IMG/VR virus record: IMGVR_UViG_3300045988_082433
DNA: 33,862 bases
Strand: one strand, 5' to 3'
Source of the DNA: a virus
Shown: one piece after another, positions 1 through 8,362 of the stretch
Numbering within the stretch: position 1 is the stretch's first letter
Layout: every line of letters starts with the position of its first letter
The notes under the pieces: generated by a model
What the model saw: only the letters and a program-made list of their open reading frames with translations
The model's database searches: none
Told to the model about the DNA's origin: nothing
Position numbers and translations under genes: made by a program

Positions 1-87
1 TACACGGGTCACGTTATTGTATGCGTTTGTAAACATAGTAAGGAACCAGGTTGCCACCAACGCCAGGGCATTTTTAATGTCCTGCCA
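1..87. repeat. Terminal overlap of a circular assembly (identical to 33776..33862)
   Basis: Checked base by base: tacacgggtcacgtt...aatgtcctgcca is identical at both window ends (87 nt). The overlap keeps the tape measure reading frame. Confidence 0.9.
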
Positions 88-240
88 CCTGGCACCGAAC
101 CACTGCCCTATGGATGCAAACACATTGGTTACATTGGTATAGGCATTTGTGAACATGGTTAAAAACCAGGTTGCTACCAACGCCAGGGCATTTTTGATGT
201 CCTGCCACCTGGCACCAAACCACTGCCCTATGGATGCAAA
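1..240. repeat. Tandem 120-bp (40-codon) repeats inside the tape measure gene; diverged extra copies at 241-360 and about 33656-33775
   Basis: Units 1-120 and 121-240 align base for base. The last ~75 nt of each unit (ccaggttgc..ccctatggatgcaaa) differ at only 3 positions. They encode the repeated motif ATWF..MFTNAY.NVT.VFASIGQWFGARWQDIKNALALV. Confidence 0.9.
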
Positions 241-2364
241 CACGCCTGTCACTCCGTTGTATGCTTCTGTAAATCTGTCAGTGAACCACTGACCCACATT
301 TTGAAATATCGCAACAAGCCCGTCCCATAAATTTTGGAAAAATTGCTTCACATTCGCCACAAAATTGTCCACAAATTCACGAAAAGTAGCACAATTGTCA
401 TAAATCAATTTGAACGCCCCGGCAAACGGGTTTACTATAAATAAAAGTAGTGCTTGCCAGTTCGATTTCACAAAATTTATGAAACTGTTAAATGCGTTTG
501 GAATTGTTACGGTAAAAAAATCCGCTATGGCTCCAAATACCTTGACCGCCGTTTCTTTTACAGCTTCCCATACTGCAATTACCTTGTTTCTGAAATCCTC
601 ATTCGTTGCAAAAAGTGTAACCAATGCGGCCACTAATGCAGAAACCACCGTTATTACAATCCCAATTTGATTGGCCGCCATTGCGGTGTTTAATAATTTT
701 TGTGCAATCGTCAATCCCTCTGTGGTGGTTTTCCACACCTTAAATGCGGATATTAGCCCTTGTATCATAGTTACCACATTCCATGCCAACATCCCGGCGG
801 CAATTCCGGCAATAATAGAAATAATGGTTGGACCGTTTTTTGCCAGAAAAGAAATAAATTCTTTTACTTTACTGATGACTGCAAGCACAATGGTTTTTAC
901 TTCTGGGATTTTGCTTTTTACCTCTCCTATTACCTCGCTGATAACTGGCTTTAATTCTTCGCCAACTGGTTTTATAAGGTCAACCTTGATATTCCGCCCT
1001 AAATCCTCAATCTGGTTTCCCAGGTCATCATATTTTGTTTCATTTATCGTTCCCAGTGCGTCATTGGTTGCGGTAATCTCTCCCTGTGTATTTACCAGGG
1101 CACGCACGGCATCTTCTCCCAAATCTTCCCACTTGGTTCCGTACAGTGCCACGCCCAAAAGGTTTCTTTGCACTTCATTATCACATGAGAAAAGGGCCGT
1201 ATTTACAATCTGGAACGCTTCCTTTGCACCCTCTCCCCCCTGTGCAAACTTTGTTTTTAAATCGTCAACATTTAACCCCAGGGTTTTAAATGCGTCATCT
1301 GCCGTTCCGTCTTTCACTCTTATGCCAAACTCTTTCACGGCATCATTTAAGTAATCCACCTGGAATGTACCGTTTTTTGCTCCGTTGGCAATCATATTAA
1401 AAGCGTCCTCGGCAGAAAGTCCCAAATCAGCATAATAAACGGAATATTCTGCCAACTGGTCGGCCAAATCCCCGTTCTGGTTTAATCCTTTTTGTGCCCC
1501 CTGTGCCAAAAGGTTGTATGCTTCATCTGCGGAAATGCCAAACTGTTTCATCATAGCATTTACGCCCCGGATGCTTTCGTTTACGTCTATATCAAAGGTA
1601 TCACGCATTAAAATGGCGTGTTCCGTGGTGTTTTTCAGTTCTTCCCCGGTCTGCCCTGTCTGCTGCTTCACCGCTGACATGGCCGTTGCAATATCGTTTA
1701 TATCCTCGCCGAAATTGTCCTTGTAAATGCTTAAAAGGGTTTCTTCCAACCCCTCAACTTCCGCATCCGCCGCCCCGGTCTGTGTGATTACAGTGTTTAG
1801 GGCTTTGTCACAATCCGTTTCAAACTTCGTTGCATATGTAGCGGCTGCCACGAACCCGGCACCCAACGCTTTTGCCGCTGTTACTGCCGTGTCCGCCATT
1901 CCGTCCAGTTTATCTTTAAAGGCTCCGGCCTTTTCCTGTGCTTCTTTCAGTTCTTCGCCGGAAAGTTCGGCAGCATTCCCCAACTGCTCAATTGCGTTGT
2001 CCGTCTGTTTTGCTGCTTCCTCTAAGTTTGCCAGTTCAACTTCCGTTCTTCCAATTTCTCTTGTCAGTGCCTTGTACTGTTCTTCGGAAATCTCGCCCCG
2101 TGCGAATTGTGCCTGTACTTGGCTTTCTGCATTTTTCAGAATGTCCAATTTTTCTTTGGTTTCTGAAATAGCGTCCGTCAAAAGTGCTTGTTTTTGTGCT
2201 AACATTTCCGTATTGGTCGGGTCTACTTTTAAAAGTTTATTTACTTCTCTTAACTCTACCTGTGTCCCTTTTATTTTTTTATCGACACTGCCCAGGGCCT
2301 TATCCAATTTTGTTGTATCTCCGCCAATTTCAATGGTTATACCTCGGATTTTACTATTTGCCAC
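1..2364 (-). CDS. Tail tape measure protein, N-terminal 788 codons (continues across the circular junction into 33862..33146)
   Basis: Uninterrupted minus-strand frame from GTG 2364 (AAAGGGGG SD 7 nt upstream) down to base 1. It is absent from the ORF track only because it has no in-window stop. My translation starts VANSKIRGITIEIGGDTTKLDKALG. It then shows long coiled coil, a TP901-type tape-measure core (GVNAMMKQFGISADEAYNLLAQGAQKGLNQNGDLADQLAEY), a hydrophobic segment and W/F-rich 40-aa repeats. The frame is continuous with 33146..33862 through the 87-bp overlap (about 997 aa in total). Confidence 0.85.
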   Translation of the reverse strand, partial: MANSKIRGITIEIGGDTTKLDKALGSVDKKIKGTQVELREVNKLLKVDPTNTEMLAQKQALLTDAISETKEKLDILKNAESQVQAQFARGEISEEQYKALTREIGRTEVELANLEEAAKQTDNAIEQLGNAAELSGEELKEAQEKAGAFKDKLDGMADTAVTAAKALGAGFVAAATYATKFETDCDKALNTVITQTGAADAEVEGLEETLLSIYKDNFGEDINDIATAMSAVKQQTGQTGEELKNTTEHAILMRDTFDIDVNESIRGVNAMMKQFGISADEAYNLLAQGAQKGLNQNGDLADQLAEYSVYYADLGLSAEDAFNMIANGAKNGTFQVDYLNDAVKEFGIRVKDGTADDAFKTLGLNVDDLKTKFAQGGEGAKEAFQIVNTALFSCDNEVQRNLLGVALYGTKWEDLGEDAVRALVNTQGEITATNDALGTINETKYDDLGNQIEDLGRNIKVDLIKPVGEELKPVISEVIGEVKSKIPEVKTIVLAVISKVKEFISFLAKNGPTIISIIAGIAAGMLAWNVVTMIQGLISAFKVWKTTTEGLTIAQKLLNTAMAANQIGIVITVVSALVAALVTLFATNEDFRNKVIAVWEAVKETAVKVFGAIADFFTVTIPNAFNSFINFVKSNWQALLLFIVNPFAGAFKLIYDNCATFREFVDNFVANVKQFFQNLWDGLVAIFQNVGQWFTDRFTEAYNGVTGVFASIGQWFGARWQDIKNALALVATWFLTMFTNAYTNVTNVFASIGQWFGARWQDIKNALALVATWFLTMFTNAYNNVTRV

Positions 2365-2367
2365 CGT

Positions 2368-2643
2368 TTAACCCCCTTTCTTCTTAAAGTTTTTCCGCAA
2401 TCCCTCACGGTCTGGTTTTTCCTGCTCCAAACGCCAACAATTCTTTAAATACTCCCGTCCCTCTTCGGTCTTGGAATTTTCAAAAATCATTGCTTCACGC
2501 ATAAAAAACAAATACACGTCAATTTCCATTTCCTGTACTTCGTAAATGTCAATATGGCAATAATCCATTACCAACTTTTCCGGCCTGGTGTGTAGCGTGT
2601 ATGGTATTTCATCCCCTTTATCCTGCCTTGGATAAAAGGGCAT
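2368..2643 (-). CDS. Tail assembly protein (Gp15-like; T part of a G/GT chaperone pair)
   Basis: 91-aa ORF immediately upstream of the tape measure gene. It is in the -1 frame relative to 2646..3002 and reachable through the CCCAAAC slippery site. Confidence 0.65.
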   Translation of the reverse strand: MPFYPRQDKGDEIPYTLHTRPEKLVMDYCHIDIYEVQEMEIDVYLFFMREAMIFENSKTEEGREYLKNCWRLEQEKPDREGLRKNFKKKGG

Positions 2644-2645
2644 TT

Positions 2646-3002
2646 TTAGTTTGGGTCCGTTTTAAGTTCGTCCACAAATTCCATATAGGCTTTCAGAATT
2701 GCGGTGCATTCTTCAATGTCATAATCTTCCACATCTTCTGCCTTTACAGGCACCTTTCCCATATTGTTGTTAAGCACCGCCGCCAACAATCTGTAAATGC
2801 TGTCTGTATCTTCAATTTTGGCGTTTTCCTCGTCCATTTCTTCCAGGTCTTTGATTGCTTCAAATACCTGTTTTTGTGGCATTCGCACCACAATTTTCTT
2901 TCCTTTTTCCAGGACTTCCCCGTTTTCTCCCACCTTGTCTTTTAAAGTGAACGGCCAAAATGTTCTTTTCAGTTTGTTGCAATTAAATTCTTTTACTGCC
3001 AT
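2646..3002 (-). CDS. Tail assembly chaperone (G-like)
   Basis: 118-aa acidic ORF between the major tail protein and the Gp15-like ORF. Position and frameshift geometry are typical of siphovirus chaperones. Confidence 0.6.
   Translation of the reverse strand: MAVKEFNCNKLKRTFWPFTLKDKVGENGEVLEKGKKIVVRMPQKQVFEAIKDLEEMDEENAKIEDTDSIYRLLAAVLNNNMGKVPVKAEDVEDYDIEECTAILKAYMEFVDELKTDPN
2649..2655 (-). promoter_or_regulatory. Candidate -1 programmed ribosomal frameshift site (C CCA AAC)
   Basis: Sense strand reads GAC CCA AAC TAA AA ATG CCC. The X XXY YYZ heptamer lies directly before the stop of 2646..3002. A -1 slip reads CCC AAA CTA AAA ATG CCC, which is in frame with 2368..2643. Confidence 0.55.
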
Positions 3003-3020
3003 GCTTTTATCTCCTTATCC

Positions 3021-3054
3021 AAAAATGCGGCCTGGGTGTCTACTCCCTGGCCGC
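3021..3054 (-). terminator. Rho-independent terminator/attenuator after the major tail protein gene
   Basis: Sense strand GCGGCCAGGG-AGTAGACA-CCCAGGCCGC (10-bp stem, one A-A mismatch) is followed by ATTTTTGG. Confidence 0.6.
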
Positions 3055-3068
3055 CTGTGTGCCTGTTT

Positions 3069-3620
3069 TTATTCTGTGTCCATATCTTCTTCGTACAAAA
3101 TTAAAGTACCCTCTTTATCCATAGGCTGTGCTTTAAATTCTGCATCAATGACCGTTTCACTGTCCTTGGCAAACGCAATGGTAAATCCAGCCTGGTTATT
3201 TCCTACAATCGTAACCCTTACATCCCCGTCCGCCGGGTCCTTGTGTACGAAATGAAGAATATATTTTTTCCCGTCTGCATTTCCAATTCCGCCAATCTTC
3301 ACAATGCGTTTTTTCTTGTCTGTTTCTTCCTTTACTCTGGCCGTCTGGCATAACTTCTGTAATGTAGTACCGCACCATGTCATAATTCCAGATTTAAGGG
3401 TTGCTTCCTCTTCTGTAATAATAACCTTAGAAACCTTTCCCATATCGTCTTTGGCTTCATAGAATGACGGTGCATATTCAATTTCTGCACCACCCTTGAT
3501 ATGCCCCAGGCGGTTTTCTTCTGTTTCTATCACTGCATTTTCCGGCAATGCTTCCCCCACTCCCGTAAATTCCATACAATACAAATCGCCAGAACCTAAA
3601 ACAATGCTTTCTTTGTTCAT
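3069..3620 (-). CDS. Major tail protein
   Basis: 183-aa ORF in the canonical position before the chaperones. Beta-rich sequence (MNKESIVLGSGDLY..GGAEIEY..TIAFAKDSETVIDAEFKA) resembles TP901/phi13-type major tail proteins. ATGA overlap with the upstream gene. Confidence 0.7.
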   Translation of the reverse strand: MNKESIVLGSGDLYCMEFTGVGEALPENAVIETEENRLGHIKGGAEIEYAPSFYEAKDDMGKVSKVIITEEEATLKSGIMTWCGTTLQKLCQTARVKEETDKKKRIVKIGGIGNADGKKYILHFVHKDPADGDVRVTIVGNNQAGFTIAFAKDSETVIDAEFKAQPMDKEGTLILYEEDMDTE

Positions 3621-3994
3621 GCTTTCTTTGCTCCTTTCGTCTTTTTCAACAATCCCCTTACTTCATAAGCAGTTTGGTAACAATCTTCATCTGCTACCTG
3701 GGCCAGATATGCGTCATACTCCACATCCGGCAGCACTTCCATTTCAAACGCCGCCGCCAGTCTTTCCCGTTCTTCATCATCCGCCATGGTGTAAAGTTCA
3801 AAATCAATTTCCTGGGCCTTTAGGTTATTCAATCCGTCTGCCCCTCTTCCCGTTTCATGTGGTGTAAGATAAACCATATACGGAAGCGGTGGCACCGGGT
3901 CATCCACGGTTCCCTCAAACTGATTTTTGGTTATTGGCACGTTATTTTTCTCTGAAAAATCCTTTGCCCTCTGTATCAATTCTTCCGCTGTCAT
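3617..3994 (-). CDS. Neck/tail-terminator-like protein (hypothetical)
   Basis: 125-aa ORF between the gp10-like gene and the major tail protein. Call is by synteny only. Confidence 0.4.
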   Translation of the reverse strand: MTAEELIQRAKDFSEKNNVPITKNQFEGTVDDPVPPLPYMVYLTPHETGRGADGLNNLKAQEIDFELYTMADDEERERLAAAFEMEVLPDVEYDAYLAQVADEDCYQTAYEVRGLLKKTKGAKKA

Positions 3995-3995
3995 C

Positions 3996-4388
3996 CTATC
4001 CCCTCACTTTTCTTTCTATCTTCTGGGCCGCCAAATCTCCCAGGGTGTCATTGACTGGTCCGATATGCTCAAACGCCCTTACTCTTCCGCCGTTTCTTGA
4101 CTGGTGCCCTTTTTCCAGTAGGTGCGTCAACTGATAATATTTTTTGTTGTACACCGTGTACCCTTTAAGCCCTGTAACCGCTGACGCTCTTTGTTTTCTT
4201 ACGCCATGCGTCCAGTCTTTTGTATATTTTTTGGTCCTTTCCTGGTATGGTCCGCCCTGTCTTAGTGTTTCTGCTGCCACGGCTGCGGTTTCTTCCAATC
4301 CCTCATTTACCGCACGTTTGATTTCCTCATTCCAGTTTTCCAGTTCCGCCATTATGGCTTCATCCAGGTTGTCAATGGTTGCTCTCAA
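3996..4388 (-). CDS. HK97 gp10-family tail-completion/neck protein
   Basis: 130 aa with N-terminal LDEAIMAELENWNEEIKRAVNEGLEETAAVAAETLR and a basic C-terminus, typical of the gp10 family. Synteny agrees. Confidence 0.6.
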   Translation of the reverse strand: MRATIDNLDEAIMAELENWNEEIKRAVNEGLEETAAVAAETLRQGGPYQERTKKYTKDWTHGVRKQRASAVTGLKGYTVYNKKYYQLTHLLEKGHQSRNGGRVRAFEHIGPVNDTLGDLAAQKIERKVRG

Positions 4389-4672
4389 CCTCTTCCCACC
4401 CTTTCCCCTGCGTAAAGTTCTATTTTCCCGTTGCTTTTCGGCCCGTATGTACGATAGATAGTCATTTTCTTTCCCTCAATCTCAATTTCTGTCTGGTTCT
4501 CATACTCAAATCCCCATACTTCCACCATGGCGGATGCCTTATAATCCCTCTGCCCTGCTGCCGTAAATTCATCACGTCCAACCGGGTTTATTTCCCCAAA
4601 TACTACCTTTTCCAGGTATTCTTTTTGGTTCTTTTTTGTCAGTAATTTAACTTCTGCTTCTATGGTAGCCAC
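4385..4672 (-). CDS. Head closure / head-tail adaptor protein
   Basis: 95 aa in the SPP1 gp16/HK97 gp9-like position. TGA/ATG overlap with its neighbours. Confidence 0.55.
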   Translation of the reverse strand: MATIEAEVKLLTKKNQKEYLEKVVFGEINPVGRDEFTAAGQRDYKASAMVEVWGFEYENQTEIEIEGKKMTIYRTYGPKSNGKIELYAGERVGRG

Positions 4673-4940
4673 CGCCTTTGATTTTCGTACAAATCATGTC
4701 ATATGATGCCATTAGTTCATTGTGATTTTCTGGGTTCCCAAAATTGGCTTTTGTATAAACCAGGGCGGCTTCCACAATTAACGGGTCCTCTAACTCTTCC
4801 AAATATGAGGGATGCACACCAATTCTTTTCAAGTCTGCAAGGGCAACTTCTACAAGCTGCCCCACATCCTCGTCCAGAATATCTTTTGACGTTTTACGCA
4901 CCCTCAGTTTGGCTTTTGCAATCAATTCTTCTTTTTTCAT
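4647..4940 (-). CDS. gp6-like head-tail connector protein
   Basis: 97 aa directly after the capsid gene. LIAKAKLRVRKTS..DEDVGQLVEVALADLKRIGV is typical of the gp6-like connector family. Confidence 0.6.
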   Translation of the reverse strand: MKKEELIAKAKLRVRKTSKDILDEDVGQLVEVALADLKRIGVHPSYLEELEDPLIVEAALVYTKANFGNPENHNELMASYDMICTKIKGGGYHRSRS

Positions 4941-4965
4941 GCTCCGCCGCCTTTCCTGCCTTTTT

Positions 4966-6183
4966 TTACGCTGACGGGTTCTTTACACGGATAAATCCGT
5001 TTTTGGCAACTACGTTTCCGCCCATGAACACGTCCGCCCTGTATGCAATCTGTCCCTGTTTAAACTTGTAATGTTCAGATTTTCTTGCGTCAATATCAGA
5101 GAAAATAGCAACTTCGTAATTGCTCATAGGGCCATAAGCCATACAATACTTGTCTTTCGTTCCGCCAATCTCTTCACAAGCGGAATTGATGATGTAAGGC
5201 ACTTCATCAATGCTTCCTGTATTTCCATGGTTTACAATGGTATAAACACGGCGGCCCTGCTTATCTCTTAATTTTGCAAACTTTTTAAGGTCTTTCTTGC
5301 TAAGAATAAGCACGGCAATATCTTCCACGTTCTCATCCCCACCATAGGAATAAATAATTTCATCCAGTGTTCCGTCATCAATAGCGGTAATGGTTGTAAT
5401 ATCTGTCGCCGGGTCAATAACCTGTTCTTTTTCTTCTGACGGATTGAAAAAAATACCACGGAATTTTCCAGTTCCACCAGGTCCCACCAAAATTTGACGG
5501 GATGCGTAACGCTTGATTGCACGGGTCACGCTTTCTTCCACAACACTGTCATAATCTGCATCCGGCAATTTAACCATTTCTTCCGGCTCTTCTGCATATG
5601 CCGTGATTTTCTCACGCACAATTTCCGCATAGTTAAATTCCGGTTCGGAAACATTGTAGTCCGCATTTTCATTTGTGCTTCCTGCTCCGTCCCCATAAGA
5701 AACAACATAAGGGCGTTTGTAACTCTCGCCGCCTGGAAGAGGTACTGTTTTTACACGGTCAATGAGGGAAGAAACATTGTTGAACGCCGGGGAAATTTCT
5801 GTGCTGCTATGCTGTGGCATTGCCACCTTTTCTGTGGTCATTGCGTTACGGGGATTTACCAGGACTTTTGCCTTGTACGAAACGGCTTTTCCGTCCTTTA
5901 ACGCTTTTCCGTTCTTTGCTCTTATCTGGTTTTTAGGCTCTTCGCCGCCCTCTCCCGGTTCGCTTCCTTTTCCCGGCTCCGGGTCATTGTTTCCTGCTGC
6001 CGCTGCCGCCGCCATAAGTTCTTCACGGGTTTTAATCTCGTCCAGGATTTCCCCAATGTTTCTGGCTTCATCCATGGCATCCGTCAATTCCTGGTCGCTT
6101 AATGCCTGGGCTTTCTTTCCCAGTTCCGCCAATCTGTTTTTAAGGTCCTTTTTTGACATATTCATTAACTCTTCTCTTGTCAT
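4966..6183 (-). CDS. Major capsid protein, HK97 family
   Basis: The track ORF starts at TTG 6201. ATG 6183 preceded by GAAAGGAGAACAGACA is the likelier start. N-terminal coiled-coil delta-like region followed by a capsid fold. It follows the ClpP-like protease. Confidence 0.85.
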   Translation of the reverse strand: MTREELMNMSKKDLKNRLAELGKKAQALSDQELTDAMDEARNIGEILDEIKTREELMAAAAAAGNNDPEPGKGSEPGEGGEEPKNQIRAKNGKALKDGKAVSYKAKVLVNPRNAMTTEKVAMPQHSSTEISPAFNNVSSLIDRVKTVPLPGGESYKRPYVVSYGDGAGSTNENADYNVSEPEFNYAEIVREKITAYAEEPEEMVKLPDADYDSVVEESVTRAIKRYASRQILVGPGGTGKFRGIFFNPSEEKEQVIDPATDITTITAIDDGTLDEIIYSYGGDENVEDIAVLILSKKDLKKFAKLRDKQGRRVYTIVNHGNTGSIDEVPYIINSACEEIGGTKDKYCMAYGPMSNYEVAIFSDIDARKSEHYKFKQGQIAYRADVFMGGNVVAKNGFIRVKNPSA

Positions 6184-6206
6184 TGTCTGTTCTCCTTTCA
6201 ATCTCC

Positions 6207-6980
6207 TTACCGGCCCATGTGTGCCATAGTAAGTGCAATGATGCCTTTTCTTTTTTCCTGGTCCTGCTGCCGTAATCGCTCATTATCTGCCGTCCCGGCT
6301 CCCACCAGGTCTTTTGGTGCATTTCTGCAATACATTTTTGTGAAGTCCTGTACCGCTGCCGCAACGGTGTTTTCTTCCCCTACCTTTACCTGGAAATATT
6401 CCGCTGCTTTGGTTCCGTCCAACCACGTTTCCTCTTCCATTAGTTTCTTTACGGTTTTAATGTCCACGCCCTCTGCCAGGTGTTCTTCATAAACGCTTAA
6501 AATCCCGGCTTCCACGGCATCCAATGTGTCTGCCATTTTCCGCATTTCTATGGCGTTTCCCTCGCATCCGGCCCACGGCTTATGTATCATCAAATAAGCA
6601 TTTGACGGAATAGTGGGTGCTTCACTGTCCGCAAAGGCAATCACGGAAGCAATGGACCCGGCCAGTGCATCCACATGGACGGTTTTCTTTCCCGGATAAC
6701 GCTTTAACATATTGTAAATTGCTATCCCTGCAAATACGGAACCGCCGCCGGAATTGATGTAAATGTTTAAGTCCTTGCCGTTTGCTTCTGCAAGGAAATT
6801 TTTGATTGCTTCCGGATACTGGTCCTCTTCCTGCCAGGCTCCCCACCAGTCACTCACAATATCCCCGTAAAAATACAGGTCCACGGAAGTTTCTGTGGCG
6901 TTCTTAAACTCATAGAATTTTCCCACCGTTGCGTGTGCGGCATCTTTGCAAGCAATAAACTTTTTTTCTATCCTTGGCAT
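6207..6980 (-). CDS. Prohead (head maturation) protease, ClpP/S14-like
   Basis: INSGGGSVFAGIAIYNML...ALAGSIASVIA...MIHKPW are ClpP-family Ser/His region motifs. The gene lies between portal and capsid. Confidence 0.85.
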   Translation of the reverse strand: MPRIEKKFIACKDAAHATVGKFYEFKNATETSVDLYFYGDIVSDWWGAWQEEDQYPEAIKNFLAEANGKDLNIYINSGGGSVFAGIAIYNMLKRYPGKKTVHVDALAGSIASVIAFADSEAPTIPSNAYLMIHKPWAGCEGNAIEMRKMADTLDAVEAGILSVYEEHLAEGVDIKTVKKLMEEETWLDGTKAAEYFQVKVGEENTVAAAVQDFTKMYCRNAPKDLVGAGTADNERLRQQDQEKRKGIIALTMAHMGR

Positions 6981-7053
6981 CCTATTAACCCCCTTTCATA
7001 GTTTCAAAATAAGCACGGGCCGCCGCTTCCATTGCCTTTCTTTGCTTGTCCTG

Positions 7054-8295
7054 CTACCCTGGTGGTGGTTCTGTGCCGTTTTCTTTTCCCACCTGGTAAA
7101 GGCTTTGGTCCCCTGCTTTTACATAGTTAAGTGACACCATACGCACGTCCCCGTCATCCACTGGCCCGTAATACATCAATGCTCTGTACTCGTTTATTGT
7201 CATGGCTCCACGGTCAAACATATTTCCGCCTATGGTGTCCCTGGTCTGCAATGTGGCGTACTGCAAAAGATTGGCTGTAAATTCAATCTTGTTTCCATAT
7301 CCAATTTCCCTTGGTGTCAGAAGTTTAAAGGTAAATTCATAACCCAACTGGATTGCCACGGGTTCAATGACATTTTCATAAAAACTAATCCATTCCTGGT
7401 CTGACAGTGTGGAAGTCAAAACCTTTTCATTTACTCCGTAATAGCGATATACGTTATCACGCAAGAAAGTAATCTGGTTTGTCGGCACGTTTGGCGTTCT
7501 TTGTGCAATTTCTTTAAAATCCACTGTGCTGTCAATTGCCGCAATACCCCCGGCGTTGTCGGCGTTCATATATGCGTCCTGGAAATCCTTTGCAATCTGT
7601 TTTAATTCTTCATTATCTGCCAGGTTGTTGTATTTCAAATATCCGGCAAGTGAATTGGAACGGTTTACAATGTTCTTTACTGTTTCCCCGGACGTTTCTA
7701 TAAGGTCCAGGCTTCGCTTTAACTCAATATCCGGGGACGTTCCCAGGAACCTTTTTTTGTTGTACCTTGCCTTTATGTGTATGACATTCTGGTAAGGCAC
7801 CGTGTAGGTTTCCCCGTCATAGTCCCAACGGAAGCGGAAAAGAATGTTGTTGTGTTCATCCTCAAAAATGCGGTAACTCTTTGTTGTAATCGGCTGTATG
7901 CTTGTTACTCTTGTAAAATCTTCATTGTAAAAAATTACAGAAAAGGAATTGGATGTATAAACCAGGTCTGATGCTATGCGGTAAAGAAAATCATACGTTG
8001 ACATTTCCGGGCACGGCCTTAATTTCAAAAGCCTTGCCAGATAATCATTTTTTATTGTCATTCCCTTTTCATCTTTTCGGATGACCTGGGGCTGTAATTT
8101 TCCCACGTTCTTTGCTATGGCATCCGCAATGGCTCCCACAATATCATTGTCCCGTAGGGTTCCCGTTGGCACATACTCGCCACGGCTCAATAAAAGTGGT
8201 CTGTACTTCGCCCTAAAGGCTCCAAATACATTGGCTATAATTCCCGTAACATTACCCCCTTTCCTCAAAAAAATAAGCCCATGGAACACATCCAT
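7054..8295 (-). CDS. Portal protein (HK97 family)
   Basis: 413 aa between the large terminase and the protease. Size and position fit a portal. Start ATG 8295 has only a weak SD, so the start is uncertain. Confidence 0.8.
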   Translation of the reverse strand: MDVFHGLIFLRKGGNVTGIIANVFGAFRAKYRPLLLSRGEYVPTGTLRDNDIVGAIADAIAKNVGKLQPQVIRKDEKGMTIKNDYLARLLKLRPCPEMSTYDFLYRIASDLVYTSNSFSVIFYNEDFTRVTSIQPITTKSYRIFEDEHNNILFRFRWDYDGETYTVPYQNVIHIKARYNKKRFLGTSPDIELKRSLDLIETSGETVKNIVNRSNSLAGYLKYNNLADNEELKQIAKDFQDAYMNADNAGGIAAIDSTVDFKEIAQRTPNVPTNQITFLRDNVYRYYGVNEKVLTSTLSDQEWISFYENVIEPVAIQLGYEFTFKLLTPREIGYGNKIEFTANLLQYATLQTRDTIGGNMFDRGAMTINEYRALMYYGPVDDGDVRMVSLNYVKAGDQSLYQVGKENGTEPPPG

Positions 8296-8301
8296 GGACC
8301 T

Positions 8302-8334
8302 ATTGTAAATTTGTTCGTGTTAAAATTCTGACCC
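8302..8334 (-). promoter_or_regulatory. Late-promoter-like element copy 1 (GGGTCAGAAT-N17-TACAAT)
   Basis: Sense strand GGGTCAGAATTTTAACACGAACAAATTTACAAT in the TerL-portal gap. Same motif and spacing as copies 2 and 3. Confidence 0.45.
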
Positions 8335-8362
8335 ACTTTAAAAGACTGCTGCCCGGCGTTCT

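Noticed and set aside
410-2387. Long plus-strand ORFs in the track (e.g. 671..1354, 1727..2371). Similar plus-strand ORFs occur throughout (3496..3867, 5762..6229, 17268..17801, 24671..25090, 26248..26712).
   Set aside because: They lie antisense to strongly supported minus-strand genes. They have low-complexity S/F/L-rich translations, no SD sequences and no operon logic, so they are shadow ORFs.
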